Below are positions 1 through 9,189 of a stretch of DNA of 58,868 nucleotides, in pieces. The DNA lies in assembly GCA_042094525.1 (NCBI GenBank), contig JBELDB010000001.1, positions 13,539-72,406 of the forward strand. Reading direction: 5' to 3'. The stretch's first letter is position 1; every line of letters begins with the position of its first letter. Source of the DNA: Congregibacter sp. GTDB lineage: Bacteria; Pseudomonadota; Gammaproteobacteria; Pseudomonadales; Halieaceae. The notes beneath the pieces were generated by a model, which did not search any database, had not been told where the DNA came from, and was given only the letters and a program-made list of their open reading frames with translations. A program made the translations under genes and the position numbers.

Positions 1-1376
1 TCAATTTCCTGATAGGTCTCGTGCCCTTTACCGGCAATCAGTACCGTATCTCCGGGGCTGGCCTGCGAGACAGCGAGCGCAATAGCCGACGCACGGTCCT
101 CCTCAACCATAGGTGAGACGCCTTCGCAGCCGGTCAAAATATCTTGGATGATCGCGCTGGGAGCTTCTGAGCGGGGATTATCACTGGTCACAATCACACG
201 GTCAGCAAAGCGACAGGCAATCGCCCCCATCTCGGCGCGTTTACCCTGATCGCGATCTCCGCCGCAGCCGAATAAAACCCAAATACTGCCCGGGCTCTCT
301 GCAGCCTTGAGCGCAACGAGGGCACGTTGGAGGGCATCAGGCGTGTGAGCGTAATCAATGACCACCCTGATATCGGCGTCGGTGCCAACAACCTGCAACC
401 GCCCCAACACCGGCTGGGCAGCCTCTGCAGCCCGCAGCGCATCAGAAAAGGAAATGCCGACCGAGACCGCCGCCGATAGAGACGCCATTAGGTTGAATGC
501 ATTGAATGGTCCTGACAGTGATGAACGCAAACTGCCCTCTCCCCAGGGTGTCCGCACATTTAAGTGCAAGGGTGTGGATTGCACGATCTCAAAGCACACG
601 GCCGCTGAATCCAGTTCGCTTGACAGACTGACACTGCCCGCGAGCCAGACGTCAGAGTGCCTCGCAACGACTGCGTCATCTGCGTTATAAATTCTCACGT
701 CAGGCGCAAACTCACGGAAAAGGCGGAGCTTTGCAGCGCAATACGCAGACATAGAGTTGTGGTAATCAAGGTGATCCCTGGACAGATTCGTGAATACACC
801 GACATCGACTTTCAAGCCATCCAGTCGCCCTTGATCCAGCGCGTGGCTGGAGGCCTCGAGCGCTACACAATCAACTCCCTGCTCACGCCAATGATGAAGT
901 TGCTTGTGCAAACTCAGGCAGTCAGGCGTGGTGTTGCGAGTTTCCTGTGGCTGCTGATTAAGCCGCATGCCAAGCGTGCCAATCGATGCGGTTTTTTTGC
1001 CGGCATGCCTCAGTATTTGTGCAGTCAAATCCACGACCGAGGTCTTACCATTTGTGCCGGTCACCGCAACGACCGCGAGCTCACTGGAGGGAGAACCATA
1101 AAATCGATTGGCGAGCGCTCCCAGCTTCGCCCTTAAATTGGTAACTGGGACGACACGTGCATCGTTTGATTCACCTCCCTCATCCGACTCAGACAGCACC
1201 GCTACGGCACCCTGCGCCAGCGCGGCCGCAATGAAGTCTCTGCCGTCTTGCTTAGATCCCGGCAATGCGATGAATACGTCGTTGCGATTAACGCTCCTGC
1301 TATCCAGCGTGAGGTTGGCAGCCACTACATCAGGCACACCCGGGTCATCCAGCAGAGCGCGAAGGCTCATACTCAT
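1..1376 (-). CDS. murE: UDP-MurNAc-L-Ala-D-Glu--meso-diaminopimelate ligase (3' end outside window)
   Basis: Not in the ORF track; spot-translated by hand from ATG 1376 (overlaps ftsI stop): LTLDSR, P-loop AVTGTNGKTS, DAP-specific TSDNPR, IAGKGHETYQ; follows ftsI. Confidence 0.96.
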   Translation of the reverse strand, partial: MSMSLRALLDDPGVPDVVAANLTLDSRSVNRNDVFIALPGSKQDGRDFIAAALAQGAVAVLSESDEGGESNDARVVPVTNLRAKLGALANRFYGSPSSELAVVAVTGTNGKTSVVDLTAQILRHAGKKTASIGTLGMRLNQQPQETRNTTPDCLSLHKQLHHWREQGVDCVALEASSHALDQGRLDGLKVDVGVFTNLSRDHLDYHNSMSAYCAAKLRLFREFAPDVRIYNADDAVVARHSDVWLAGSVSLSSELDSAAVCFEIVQSTPLHLNVRTPWGEGSLRSSLSGPFNAFNLMASLSAAVSVGISFSDALRAAEAAQPVLGRLQVVGTDADIRVVIDYAHTPDALQRALVALKAAESPGSIWVLFGCGGDRDQGKRAEMGAIACRFADRVIVTSDNPRSEAPSAIIQDILTGCEGVSPMVEEDRASAIALAVSQASPGDTVLIAGKGHETYQEI

Positions 1377-3100
1377 TGCCCACCTCCTGATTTAGCCAGC
1401 AAAGCACCCATGTCTGACTGTTCAGGCTGCGCATTACGAATACGCAGCACCTCTTCTGTAATGCGGGAATAAACCGGCGCGGCCGCCAACCCACCGCCAT
1501 AATGATCACCACGGGGCTGATCGATCAGAATGGCGGTGACGTAGCGCGGCGCGCTCATTGGAGCGATGCCCACGAACAGCGCAACGTACTGATCATCGAG
1601 GTAGCCGCCCTCACCCACCTTGTGAACCGTGCCGGTCTTTCCACCGACAGAAAAACCCGGCACCCGCGCCAGCGTGGCGGTGCCGCCTGGGCCAGTGACT
1701 CGGTCCAGCACCTGAAGCACACTGCGAGCAATATCGGCGTCGATGACACGCTCGCCCGGCGGTAACGCATCAGGATCCTGTTTCAGCAAAGTCAGTGGCC
1801 GGCGAACCCCGTCATTAGCCAGCACCGCATAGGCTCGCGCGAGCTGAATCGGGGTGGCCGTCAGGCCGTAACCAAAGGCCAAAGTGACCTTCTCGATATC
1901 ACTCCAATGATTCAGATCCGGTAACTGCCCCGCTCGCTCGCCCGGAAAACCTGTGCCGGTGGCCTCGCCAAGACCAAAGCGATAGAGCACGTCCAGTATG
2001 GCCTCGTGACCCACCGCTTGAGCTAACTTGGTGACCCCGACTTGACTCGATTTCTCGATGATTGTGGAGACGGAGATCTCACCGTAGTTGCGTGGGTCGT
2101 GTAACATCTTCGCGCCAACCCGAATTCTCCCCGGATGGGTGTCCACGAGGCTGTCTATATGGAACAACTCGCTTTCCAGTGCGGCAACCAGCGTCAGGGT
2201 TTTCACTGTGGACCCCGGCTCGAAAGCGTCGGTGAAAGCGCGATTGCGCGCACTGCCAAAATCCAACGCAGTGCGACTGTTAGGGTTAAATACCGGATAG
2301 TTACTCACCGCGAGCACCTCGCCAGTCCACGCATCGATGGTCACCGCTGAGCCGGCTGTCGCGCCGGTTTCTTTCATTGCTCGCTGCAGCTCCCGGTGCT
2401 GAGCGTATTGCAGGCGCAGGTCCAGACTGAGAGCCAGGGCGTTACCAGATCGGGGCTCAACCACCACGCCAATGTCTCTTACCGCCTCACCATGGAGATC
2501 CTTGATAAACCGCTTCTTACCCGGCACTCCTTGCAGCCACTCTTCATAGGCAAGCTCGACACCGGCAATACCTCGCCCATCGACATTGGTTAAACCAAGA
2601 ACCTGAGCAGTCACCTCTCCAGCCGGGTAGTAACGCCGGTACTCTCGCTCGCCACGCACACCGGGGAAATTTCCCCGTAGCACACCCCGGGCAAAATCCG
2701 GTGTCTGATGGCGGGCCAGGTACATAAACTGCTTGTCGCCGTAAAAATTAAGCTTGCCCTGAAGTACATCTGCATCCAGAGCGAGTTGCTCCGCCAGCTC
2801 AGGAAGGCGACGGGAATCCTTCAATCTTTGCGGGTTTGCCCACAGCGAGACGACCGGAGAGCTCACCGCAAGCGGGACCCCATTTCGGTCTTCAATCAGC
2901 CCGCGGTAAACGGGAATCTCTGCCGTGCGAACCGTTCGTAATGCCCCCTGCTCTCTGAGAAAAACCGCACCTTGGCCGCCATCAGTGACCTGCAAATGCA
3001 CTAGCCGCCCAACCAACGTGGCTGCCAAAATGGCCAATCCCACACAAACCACTGCGAACCGCCATCGAGGCAGCGTGCTTGGCGGAGCTCCCCGCTTCAT
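1373..3100 (-). CDS. ftsI: Peptidoglycan D,D-transpeptidase PBP3
   Basis: N-terminal TM, RGLIEDRNG, RRYYPAGE, EPGSTVK (SxxK), GKTGT; dcw position. Confidence 0.96.
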   Translation of the reverse strand: MKRGAPPSTLPRWRFAVVCVGLAILAATLVGRLVHLQVTDGGQGAVFLREQGALRTVRTAEIPVYRGLIEDRNGVPLAVSSPVVSLWANPQRLKDSRRLPELAEQLALDADVLQGKLNFYGDKQFMYLARHQTPDFARGVLRGNFPGVRGEREYRRYYPAGEVTAQVLGLTNVDGRGIAGVELAYEEWLQGVPGKKRFIKDLHGEAVRDIGVVVEPRSGNALALSLDLRLQYAQHRELQRAMKETGATAGSAVTIDAWTGEVLAVSNYPVFNPNSRTALDFGSARNRAFTDAFEPGSTVKTLTLVAALESELFHIDSLVDTHPGRIRVGAKMLHDPRNYGEISVSTIIEKSSQVGVTKLAQAVGHEAILDVLYRFGLGEATGTGFPGERAGQLPDLNHWSDIEKVTLAFGYGLTATPIQLARAYAVLANDGVRRPLTLLKQDPDALPPGERVIDADIARSVLQVLDRVTGPGGTATLARVPGFSVGGKTGTVHKVGEGGYLDDQYVALFVGIAPMSAPRYVTAILIDQPRGDHYGGGLAAAPVYSRITEEVLRIRNAQPEQSDMGALLAKSGGGQ

Positions 3101-3378
3101 TCCGCCACCACCTGAGACAAGCTGAGATCGGGTGCCTGCATAAACAGTGCCTCAGACGCGATCTGACTGATCCTATGGGGTGCCGCCCAGGTGTTGATCT
3201 CCAGTAACAAACGGGTGTATTGCTCTTGCGACTGCCAACGCTCAAGCTCAAGCGCCTGAAGACGGGCGTAATCACTCCGCACCTGATGGGTACTCGCCAC
3301 TATTGCCAGCGCGGAGACGATCAAGCCAATTCCCAATAAACAGGCTGCGAATGCAGGAGAGGGTTTGCCCTGGCTCAC
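3097..3378 (-). CDS. ftsL: Cell division protein FtsL
   Basis: 93 aa, one TM then coiled coil with RLLLE; between rsmH and ftsI. Confidence 0.9.
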   Translation of the reverse strand: MSQGKPSPAFAACLLGIGLIVSALAIVASTHQVRSDYARLQALELERWQSQEQYTRLLLEINTWAAPHRISQIASEALFMQAPDLSLSQVVAE

Positions 3379-4292
3379 GACAGTCGCTCCGCCACCCGCA
3401 TGATGGCTGACCGGGCCCTCGGGTTCTCCGCAATCTCCGCCTCCGAGGGGACAACGGCCTTACCTACGTGACGCAGCAGCCCTTGCTGCGCTTCGTATTG
3501 AATCGGCACGCCCGGCGGCACTTGCGCACCCCTCGCGGCATCTCTGATAAAGCGCTTAACGATACGGTCTTCCAGAGAATGGAAGCTGATCACCACCATC
3601 CTGCCCCCGGGCGCCAGCGCCAGCACAATGGCATCAAGCACCTCTCGTAATGCGTCCAACTCGCCATTCACCTGCAGCCGAATAGCTTGAAAACTTCTCG
3701 TGGCAGGATGTTTGTGGGGCTCCCACTTTGGAATGGCCGCGGAGACGATTTCGGCCAGTTGGGATGTGCGGTCTATAGGTGTAGCAGATCGCTCTCTGAC
3801 AATCGCGGCAGCAATACGACGAGCAAAGCGCTCCTCTCCCAGATCCCGCAGTACTCGAGCGAGCTCACCTTCGCCAACGCTCGCCAACCAATCAGTCGCT
3901 GATTGACCGGCAGCCGTATTCATTCGCATATCCAACGGGCCATCGTGAGTGAAGCTGAAACCGCGCTCAGGATCATCGAGCTGAGGCGACGACACCCCCA
4001 AATCCAACAGAACACCCTGCAAGCTCCCAGGAGCGACGTAATCTCCCAAGGCACGAAAATTGACAGCGAGAAACTGAAACCGGTGATCCTGCTCGACCAA
4101 GTGCCTGGCGGCTGACTCGGCTGCCGGATCTTGATCAAGTGCCAGCAAGGCTCCAGAGGGCGACAGTGCATCGAGGATACGGGTGCTGTGCCCGCCCCGG
4201 CCAAACGTGCCATCCACGTATGAACCATCCGCCGAAACCATCAATGCTGCAATTGCCTCCTCGAGTAGAACCGGTTGATGCGCCCGGCTCAT
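3375..4292 (-). CDS. rsmH: 16S rRNA C1402 N4-methyltransferase
   Basis: HQPVLL, DGTFGRGGHS, DLGVSSPQLD, GPLDMRM, SFHSLEDR, NPRARSA. Confidence 0.97.
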   Translation of the reverse strand: MSRAHQPVLLEEAIAALMVSADGSYVDGTFGRGGHSTRILDALSPSGALLALDQDPAAESAARHLVEQDHRFQFLAVNFRALGDYVAPGSLQGVLLDLGVSSPQLDDPERGFSFTHDGPLDMRMNTAAGQSATDWLASVGEGELARVLRDLGEERFARRIAAAIVRERSATPIDRTSQLAEIVSAAIPKWEPHKHPATRSFQAIRLQVNGELDALREVLDAIVLALAPGGRMVVISFHSLEDRIVKRFIRDAARGAQVPPGVPIQYEAQQGLLRHVGKAVVPSEAEIAENPRARSAIMRVAERLS

Positions 4293-4744
4293 CAAAGGTT
4301 GAGTTGCATCAGCTCCGCTGGGAGCTCTGCGGTCTGATCAGTGGACAGCGCAGCCGCGCACTCTTGTTGCCACAGATCCTCTGACCACAGTTCCAGTTTG
4401 TTGCCCTGACCCACCAAGACCGCGCGCTTCTCTAACTGCGCGTACTCACGTAGCGCCGGCGGCACGAGGACCCGACCGTTGCCATCCAATTGCAGATCAC
4501 TGGCATAGCCGAGCACCAGCCTCTGGAAGCGCTTAACAGCAGGATTGAGTGCGGGAAGCGCCTGAACATCTCGCTCTATGCGCTCCCACTCAGGTAATGG
4601 GTACAGTGCCAGGCAGGCGGTCTGGGTATCGACCGTGAGGACGATGTGTCCCTCGCTCAGCACAGACAGCAATTCGCGCTGGCGCGACGGCACCGCCATA
4701 CGACCCTTGGCATCAAGGTTGATGTGCTGTACCCCACGAAACAT
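4292..4744 (-). CDS. mraZ: Division/cell wall cluster transcriptional repressor MraZ
   Basis: MFRG, two DxxGR repeats (DAKGR, DGNGR), LELW; first gene of dcw. Confidence 0.97.
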   Translation of the reverse strand: MFRGVQHINLDAKGRMAVPSRQRELLSVLSEGHIVLTVDTQTACLALYPLPEWERIERDVQALPALNPAVKRFQRLVLGYASDLQLDGNGRVLVPPALREYAQLEKRAVLVGQGNKLELWSEDLWQQECAAALSTDQTAELPAELMQLNL

Positions 4745-4753
4745 TTCGGCTCG

Positions 4754-4818
4754 CCCACAAACTTCCGTTCATTCCCACAAAATGGGATTTTTTCCCACTT
4801 TGCACCACATTTCACCAC
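4754..4818 (-). promoter_or_regulatory. MraZ operator: phased GTGG(G) direct repeats
   Basis: CCAC on + at 4755, 4775, 4795, 4805 and 4815, all in one 10-bp register, directly upstream of mraZ; matches known MraZ-binding repeats. Confidence 0.8.
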
Positions 4819-4846
4819 TATACCGCCGCGAGATGTCGACGGTCAA
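4817..4846 (-). promoter_or_regulatory. Putative sigma70 promoter of the dcw operon
   Basis: TTGACC-N18-TATAGT on minus strand; -10 overlaps first GTGG repeat. Confidence 0.6.
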
Positions 4847-4855
4847 CGCGAGAAC

Positions 4856-4884
4856 AAAAAAAATCGCGGGTTATCAGTGTGTTA
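4856..4884 (+). promoter_or_regulatory. Putative IHF binding site
   Basis: TATCAG-TGTG-TTA (4872-4884) fits WATCAR-N4-TTR, with A8 tract at 4856-4863. Confidence 0.55.
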
Positions 4885-5146
4885 GCGGGGCTCTACCGGT
4901 CAGGTGAGGCGGCAAAACTGCCGCCGGAAAGTTTCTCTAAAACAGCTTTTTAACCCTCTTTACAAGGTTTAGCCTGAAGTATTATAGCTTTTTAGTATTT
5001 ATAACTATTTTTATATTCTTAAGTATTCTTATATTGGCAGTCAGACGGCGGCCAATCAACGACAGGCACTTAGATCGCCAAGGCCGGGGACCCAGAAAGG
5101 CCATGGTGACGTGCACAGATCTGCAATGCTGAGGGGTGGTGGGGAA

Positions 5147-5166
5147 GCCCCCCCAGGCGGGGGGGC
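5147..5166 (-). terminator. GC hairpin just downstream of rnpB (terminator or processing stem)
   Basis: GCCCCCCC-AGGC-GGGGGGGC perfect 8-bp stem about 5 nt after rnpB 3' end; no good U tract. Confidence 0.45.
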
Positions 5167-5171
5167 ATAGA

Positions 5172-5506
5172 CGAGTCGGTCGATAAGCCGGGTTCTGTCG
5201 TGGACGATCATTCATCTGCGACGAACGTCACCGTTCGCCTGAAGCGACCTACCCGAATCCGCCGAGGGTCACGGCATCAGATTCCTATTTGGTCTTGCTC
5301 CGAGCGGGGTTTACCATCGCCACGGTTGTTACCAACCGCGCGGTGCGCTCTTACCGCACCTTTTCACCCTTACCTGCGAACAGGCGGTTTACTTTCTGCT
5401 GCACTTTCCGTGGGCTCACGCCCCCCAGGTGTTACCTGGCGCTCTGACCCGTTGGAGCCCGGACTTTCCTCTGCCGCAGTGCGGCAGCGATCGCCTGACC
5501 AACTCG
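5172..5506 (-). ncRNA. rnpB: RNase P RNA (bacterial type A)
   Basis: Minus strand has GAGGAAAGTCCGGGCTC, GGTGCGGTAAGAGCGCACC, GGTAAACCCC and ACAGAACCCGGCTTA; ends pair (CGAGTTGGTC / GACCGACTCG); next to rsmI. Confidence 0.97.
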
Positions 5507-5543
5507 CGGGCGAGCCTAAAGGTATCAACCCACTTCCGCAAGC

Positions 5544-6380
5544 TTAGGAATCAGCGCGCTTAGCCAACAACCACTGGTAGAGGTCTCTGGCCGGCACACC
5601 GGTAAAGTCGGACACCACAGCGGCTGCTCTTCGGGGGGGCAGCTCATCTGCTAACCGCTCAAGCCAAGTCCAGGCCTCAGCTGGAATATCAGCTTTTTCC
5701 TGATCAAACCCCTCGACCAACACCACCACCTCGCCGCGTTGTTGATTCGGATCATCATCGACAAATGTGCAGAGCGCGGACAGTCGATCCCGCCGAATCG
5801 TCTCATGACTTTTGGTCAACTCACGGCAAATCGCCGCTTCGCGATCTCCTAGCTCTGCACACATGGCACTGAGAGACGCCGACAACCGGCGCGGCGACTC
5901 AAAAAAAATCAGCGTCGTCTCGATAGTGCGCAGCGCCTTCAGCCGATGGTTTCGCTGCCCAGACTTAGCCGGCAAAAATCCCTCGAAATAGAATCGATCG
6001 GTGGGTAATCCAGCAGCACACAGGGCCGCTGTCATTGCACTGGGGCCCGGTATGGGCACCACCGTCAAGCGCTCCTGCTGACACGCCGAGACCAACCGAT
6101 ACCCCGGGTCAGAGACCATCGGCGTGCCTGCATCAGATATCAAAGCAATCGACGCTCCCGATCTCAAACGGGCCATCAATTCGTCTACGTCACTCGCGTC
6201 ACTGTAATCGTGATAACTCACGAGAGGTGTCCGAATATCGTAGTGTTTTAATAATTTTGCTGAGTGGCGAGTATCCTCTGCGGCAATCAGATCAACCGAT
6301 TTCAGAATCTCAATCGCTCGCAGCGTCATGTCATCCAAATGACCAATCGGCGTCGCGACAATAAATAGGCTGGCTGGCAC
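5544..6380 (-). CDS. rsmI: 16S rRNA C1402 2'-O-methyltransferase
   Basis: VATPIGHLDD, AAEDTR, SDAGTPMVSDPG, FEGFLP, RELTK. Confidence 0.96.
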   Translation of the reverse strand: MPASLFIVATPIGHLDDMTLRAIEILKSVDLIAAEDTRHSAKLLKHYDIRTPLVSYHDYSDASDVDELMARLRSGASIALISDAGTPMVSDPGYRLVSACQQERLTVVPIPGPSAMTAALCAAGLPTDRFYFEGFLPAKSGQRNHRLKALRTIETTLIFFESPRRLSASLSAMCAELGDREAAICRELTKSHETIRRDRLSALCTFVDDDPNQQRGEVVVLVEGFDQEKADIPAEAWTWLERLADELPPRRAAAVVSDFTGVPARDLYQWLLAKRADS

Positions 6381-6447
6381 TGGTGTACTCCGTCTAGGGC
6401 CATACTGGTCCGGTTCATACTAGGCTCGTTAAAGCTATACTGCGCCG

Positions 6448-8232
6448 ATGAAGGATATTGGTCACTCTCCGCGCGCCTTGGCCTTACATCGACGCGGAAT
6501 TTGCTCTCGGTGTTATCGACGCATCTCTGGCCTGATTGTGATCATCATACCGCTGGTGCTGGCTGGTTGCGCGAGCCCGGTGCTTGAACCCGAACGCACT
6601 GCACCGATCCTAAGTGCCGAAGACCTCGCGCCAAAACCTGTGGAGGGCGAGCGGCTTGACCTCAACACCATAGAGCTCGTCACTTCACTCGCCAGAACTG
6701 ACTCACTACTGCGGGCCCGCCACGAGCGAAACCAGCTCTTGCTCGCCGAGATGGACGCGTCAACCTTAATCGCGATCGACAGCCGTCTGGCTTGGTATTC
6801 GGGCGACCTCGCCGCCGCACGAGGATTGCTGGATAAATTGCTCAACGACAACAGCGCAGCCCGCCATTTTGTGCTGCGTGACCTAGAGGCCTACTCTGCG
6901 CTGGAGGGCGATTGGCTCACTGCAGCCCGACAGCTGTTCCTGCGCGTTCAAGGAGATGTAGAGAGAGACCAGGACAGCACTGACAGTGACCAGCTCTTTG
7001 GATACCTGCTAAGAATCGATACTGAGGTGCTGCGTCAGCAGCTACGCAATACAAAAGATGTCGAGTGGGGCCGCTGGCTCCAAATGCTGATCGCTTATCA
7101 AGAAGGTTTTGCAGCATTCACGCTCTGGCGGAATCAGATAAATGCCGCACCCACCTTTCCTGTGATGCCCGAGTACTTGAGCCGCTGGACAGGTAACAAT
7201 GACATGGGGCAAATATCATTACTGCTCCCGCTTGAGGGAAATCTTGCGCCCGCAGGTCAGGCCGTTTTGCTCGGGGCGATTGATCAGCTATACACCCTGT
7301 TCCCCGATCCCAACCAACGCCCTGCTCTTATTACAATGGACTCGTCGCGGGCGAGTGACATCAAGGACACCTATAAGCAGGCAGTGGGCGATGGTGCTGA
7401 TCTCATTATTGGGCCGCTTACCAAGGAAAATGTCGCCAGTCTGAGACAACTCAACAAGAGACCGGTCCCCGTGATCGCACTCAATGATCTCGACCAAGCC
7501 ATTGAGCGGAGCCAGAAAAACTGGACGAGCCTCAGCCTGCAGCCCGAGGACGAGGCTCGGCAGATCGCGGACATCGCCTTCGGTCGCGCCTGCCGGCATG
7601 CAATTGTGGTCGCCACCCGCATTGGGCGCGGCACCAGATTGTTATCCGCCTTTGAAGAGCGCTGGACTGAATTAGGCGGCAAAACAAGGGGCCAGCTGCT
7701 GGTCGAGGATCCAGCCCAGACAAATGAGGCCATGGGTGTACTGCTCGGCTCGGGGTCCAGTGACAGCCGAATTCGAACTATTGAAAGAGCATTTGATCTT
7801 CCAGTCGATGCGCGCGGCCGAGGACGAAACGATTTCGAATGTATCTTTATGCTGGCGCCAGACCCGGCCACGGCAAGAACGTGGCGACCGCTGCTGGTCT
7901 TTCATATGACCGGCGACATACCCGTTTATGCCACCTCAGCGATTAATGATGGTCTGAGTGATACCCGCAACCGGGACCTTAACGGCGTACTGTTTGTTGA
8001 GACACCCGCGATGCTGCCGCCAAACATGACTGACAGACTCAGTCGCTTGCGAGCACTCGGAAAGGATGCTTTGACGCTGGCGCAATACTGGCATCAGGCC
8101 TCGGCGACTGAGAGCTGGATCATCCGCGGTGAGACGGGGCTGTTGCGCCGCAAAGCGAGCGGCTCGATAGAGAGAGCATTGAATTTAGCCACTTTTGATG
8201 GCTCAAAGGTGCGGCGGGAAGACCTACGGTAG
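6448..8232 (+). CDS. lpoA: Penicillin-binding protein activator LpoA/LppC lipoprotein (start uncertain)
   Basis: Lipobox VLAGC, LLLPLEG, IIGPLTKENV, PEDEARQ, VYATS, RLRALGKDA; between rsmI and yraN. Confidence 0.85.
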   Translation: MKDIGHSPRALALHRRGICSRCYRRISGLIVIIIPLVLAGCASPVLEPERTAPILSAEDLAPKPVEGERLDLNTIELVTSLARTDSLLRARHERNQLLLAEMDASTLIAIDSRLAWYSGDLAAARGLLDKLLNDNSAARHFVLRDLEAYSALEGDWLTAARQLFLRVQGDVERDQDSTDSDQLFGYLLRIDTEVLRQQLRNTKDVEWGRWLQMLIAYQEGFAAFTLWRNQINAAPTFPVMPEYLSRWTGNNDMGQISLLLPLEGNLAPAGQAVLLGAIDQLYTLFPDPNQRPALITMDSSRASDIKDTYKQAVGDGADLIIGPLTKENVASLRQLNKRPVPVIALNDLDQAIERSQKNWTSLSLQPEDEARQIADIAFGRACRHAIVVATRIGRGTRLLSAFEERWTELGGKTRGQLLVEDPAQTNEAMGVLLGSGSSDSRIRTIERAFDLPVDARGRGRNDFECIFMLAPDPATARTWRPLLVFHMTGDIPVYATSAINDGLSDTRNRDLNGVLFVETPAMLPPNMTDRLSRLRALGKDALTLAQYWHQASATESWIIRGETGLLRRKASGSIERALNLATFDGSKVRREDLR

Positions 8233-8259
8233 TGGGCAGCGCTTTGCCTGGGAAACACT

Positions 8260-8607
8260 GTGTTAGCAGACGGACAGATTTGGGAGTTCCGCGCGGAGCA
8301 ATTCTTACTACGACAAGGACTGGTCTTGATCACCAGAAATTTTTCGAGCAGGTCTGGCGAGATAGATCTGATCATGCGAGATGACACTCACATCGCTTTC
8401 GTAGAGGTTCGATTTCGCCGCAACGTTCGCTTTGGCGGTGCGATCCGCAGTATCACACCGACCAAGCAACGAAAGCTGATCAAGTGTGCCCAAGTGTTTC
8501 TGGTCAAAAACCCGATGTGGGCAACCTGGCCTTGCCGCTTCGATGTTATCGCTTATGATGCGAGGGGTGGCGGCGAACCGCAGTGGATTCAGGCTGCCTT
8601 TGACTAA
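8260..8607 (+). CDS. yraN: YraN family (UPF0102) putative endonuclease
   Basis: RNF, GEIDLIM, FVEVRFR, CRFDVI, WIQAAF. Confidence 0.93.
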   Translation: MLADGQIWEFRAEQFLLRQGLVLITRNFSSRSGEIDLIMRDDTHIAFVEVRFRRNVRFGGAIRSITPTKQRKLIKCAQVFLVKNPMWATWPCRFDVIAYDARGGGEPQWIQAAFD

Positions 8608-8616
8608 TACCAATGG

Positions 8617-9189
8617 GTGAGCCCAGGCGGTCCAACCTTGAATTTTTACCCGCTTATTGCCGAGTTTTTTCAGCGCCACTTGGAGACAAGCAGTTTGGCG
8701 GTGGACGGCATTGCCGAGGAAACTGGGGCGGCAGTTGAGCTGGCAACAGAGGCGATCCTGAATGAGCAGAAGCTATTCAGCGTGGGTTTGGGTGCAGACT
8801 GCGCTGCTGCCATCGCTCTTACCAGCCTGTTACACAACGGGGTGCTGAGGGAGCGACCCAGTCTCCCCGTTGTAGAGTTGGCTGAGCACCACCTGGAGTC
8901 TGTAGAGACGGGCGTCGGCTGGGTTTGCCAGCAGATTCAAGCGCTAGGGCAGCACGGCGATGTGGGCTTCGTGTTTTCCGCGCTACTCAGTGAGCAAGAT
9001 ATGCAGCGTATTGCCGCATCAGCCGAGCACCGTCAAATGACCCTCATTTGGGTAGGCAATCGAGGGCCAGGGTTAAGCATTGGCTTCGGCGACGCGGACA
9101 CTGAGACCCTGGTCACTCTGAACACCACACTCGCTGTGTGTCTTGCAAGATTGGTTGATACACATACTTTCGGGCCACTGGAGGGCTGA
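8617..9189 (+). CDS. Divergent SIS-domain protein, DiaA/GmhA family
   Basis: Position yraN-X-dolP; RERPSLP, QIQALGQHGD, C-terminal VDTHTFG; catalytic motifs degenerate. Confidence 0.7.
   Translation: MSPGGPTLNFYPLIAEFFQRHLETSSLAVDGIAEETGAAVELATEAILNEQKLFSVGLGADCAAAIALTSLLHNGVLRERPSLPVVELAEHHLESVETGVGWVCQQIQALGQHGDVGFVFSALLSEQDMQRIAASAEHRQMTLIWVGNRGPGLSIGFGDADTETLVTLNTTLAVCLARLVDTHTFGPLEG

Noticed and set aside
194-1472. Several short ORFs listed over the first 1.4 kb
   Set aside because: Shadow frames of murE, which the ORF track missed because its stop lies outside the window
4982-5547. ORFs of 77 and 115 aa near rnpB
   Set aside because: They overlap the RNase P RNA and AT-rich spacer; no protein-like features
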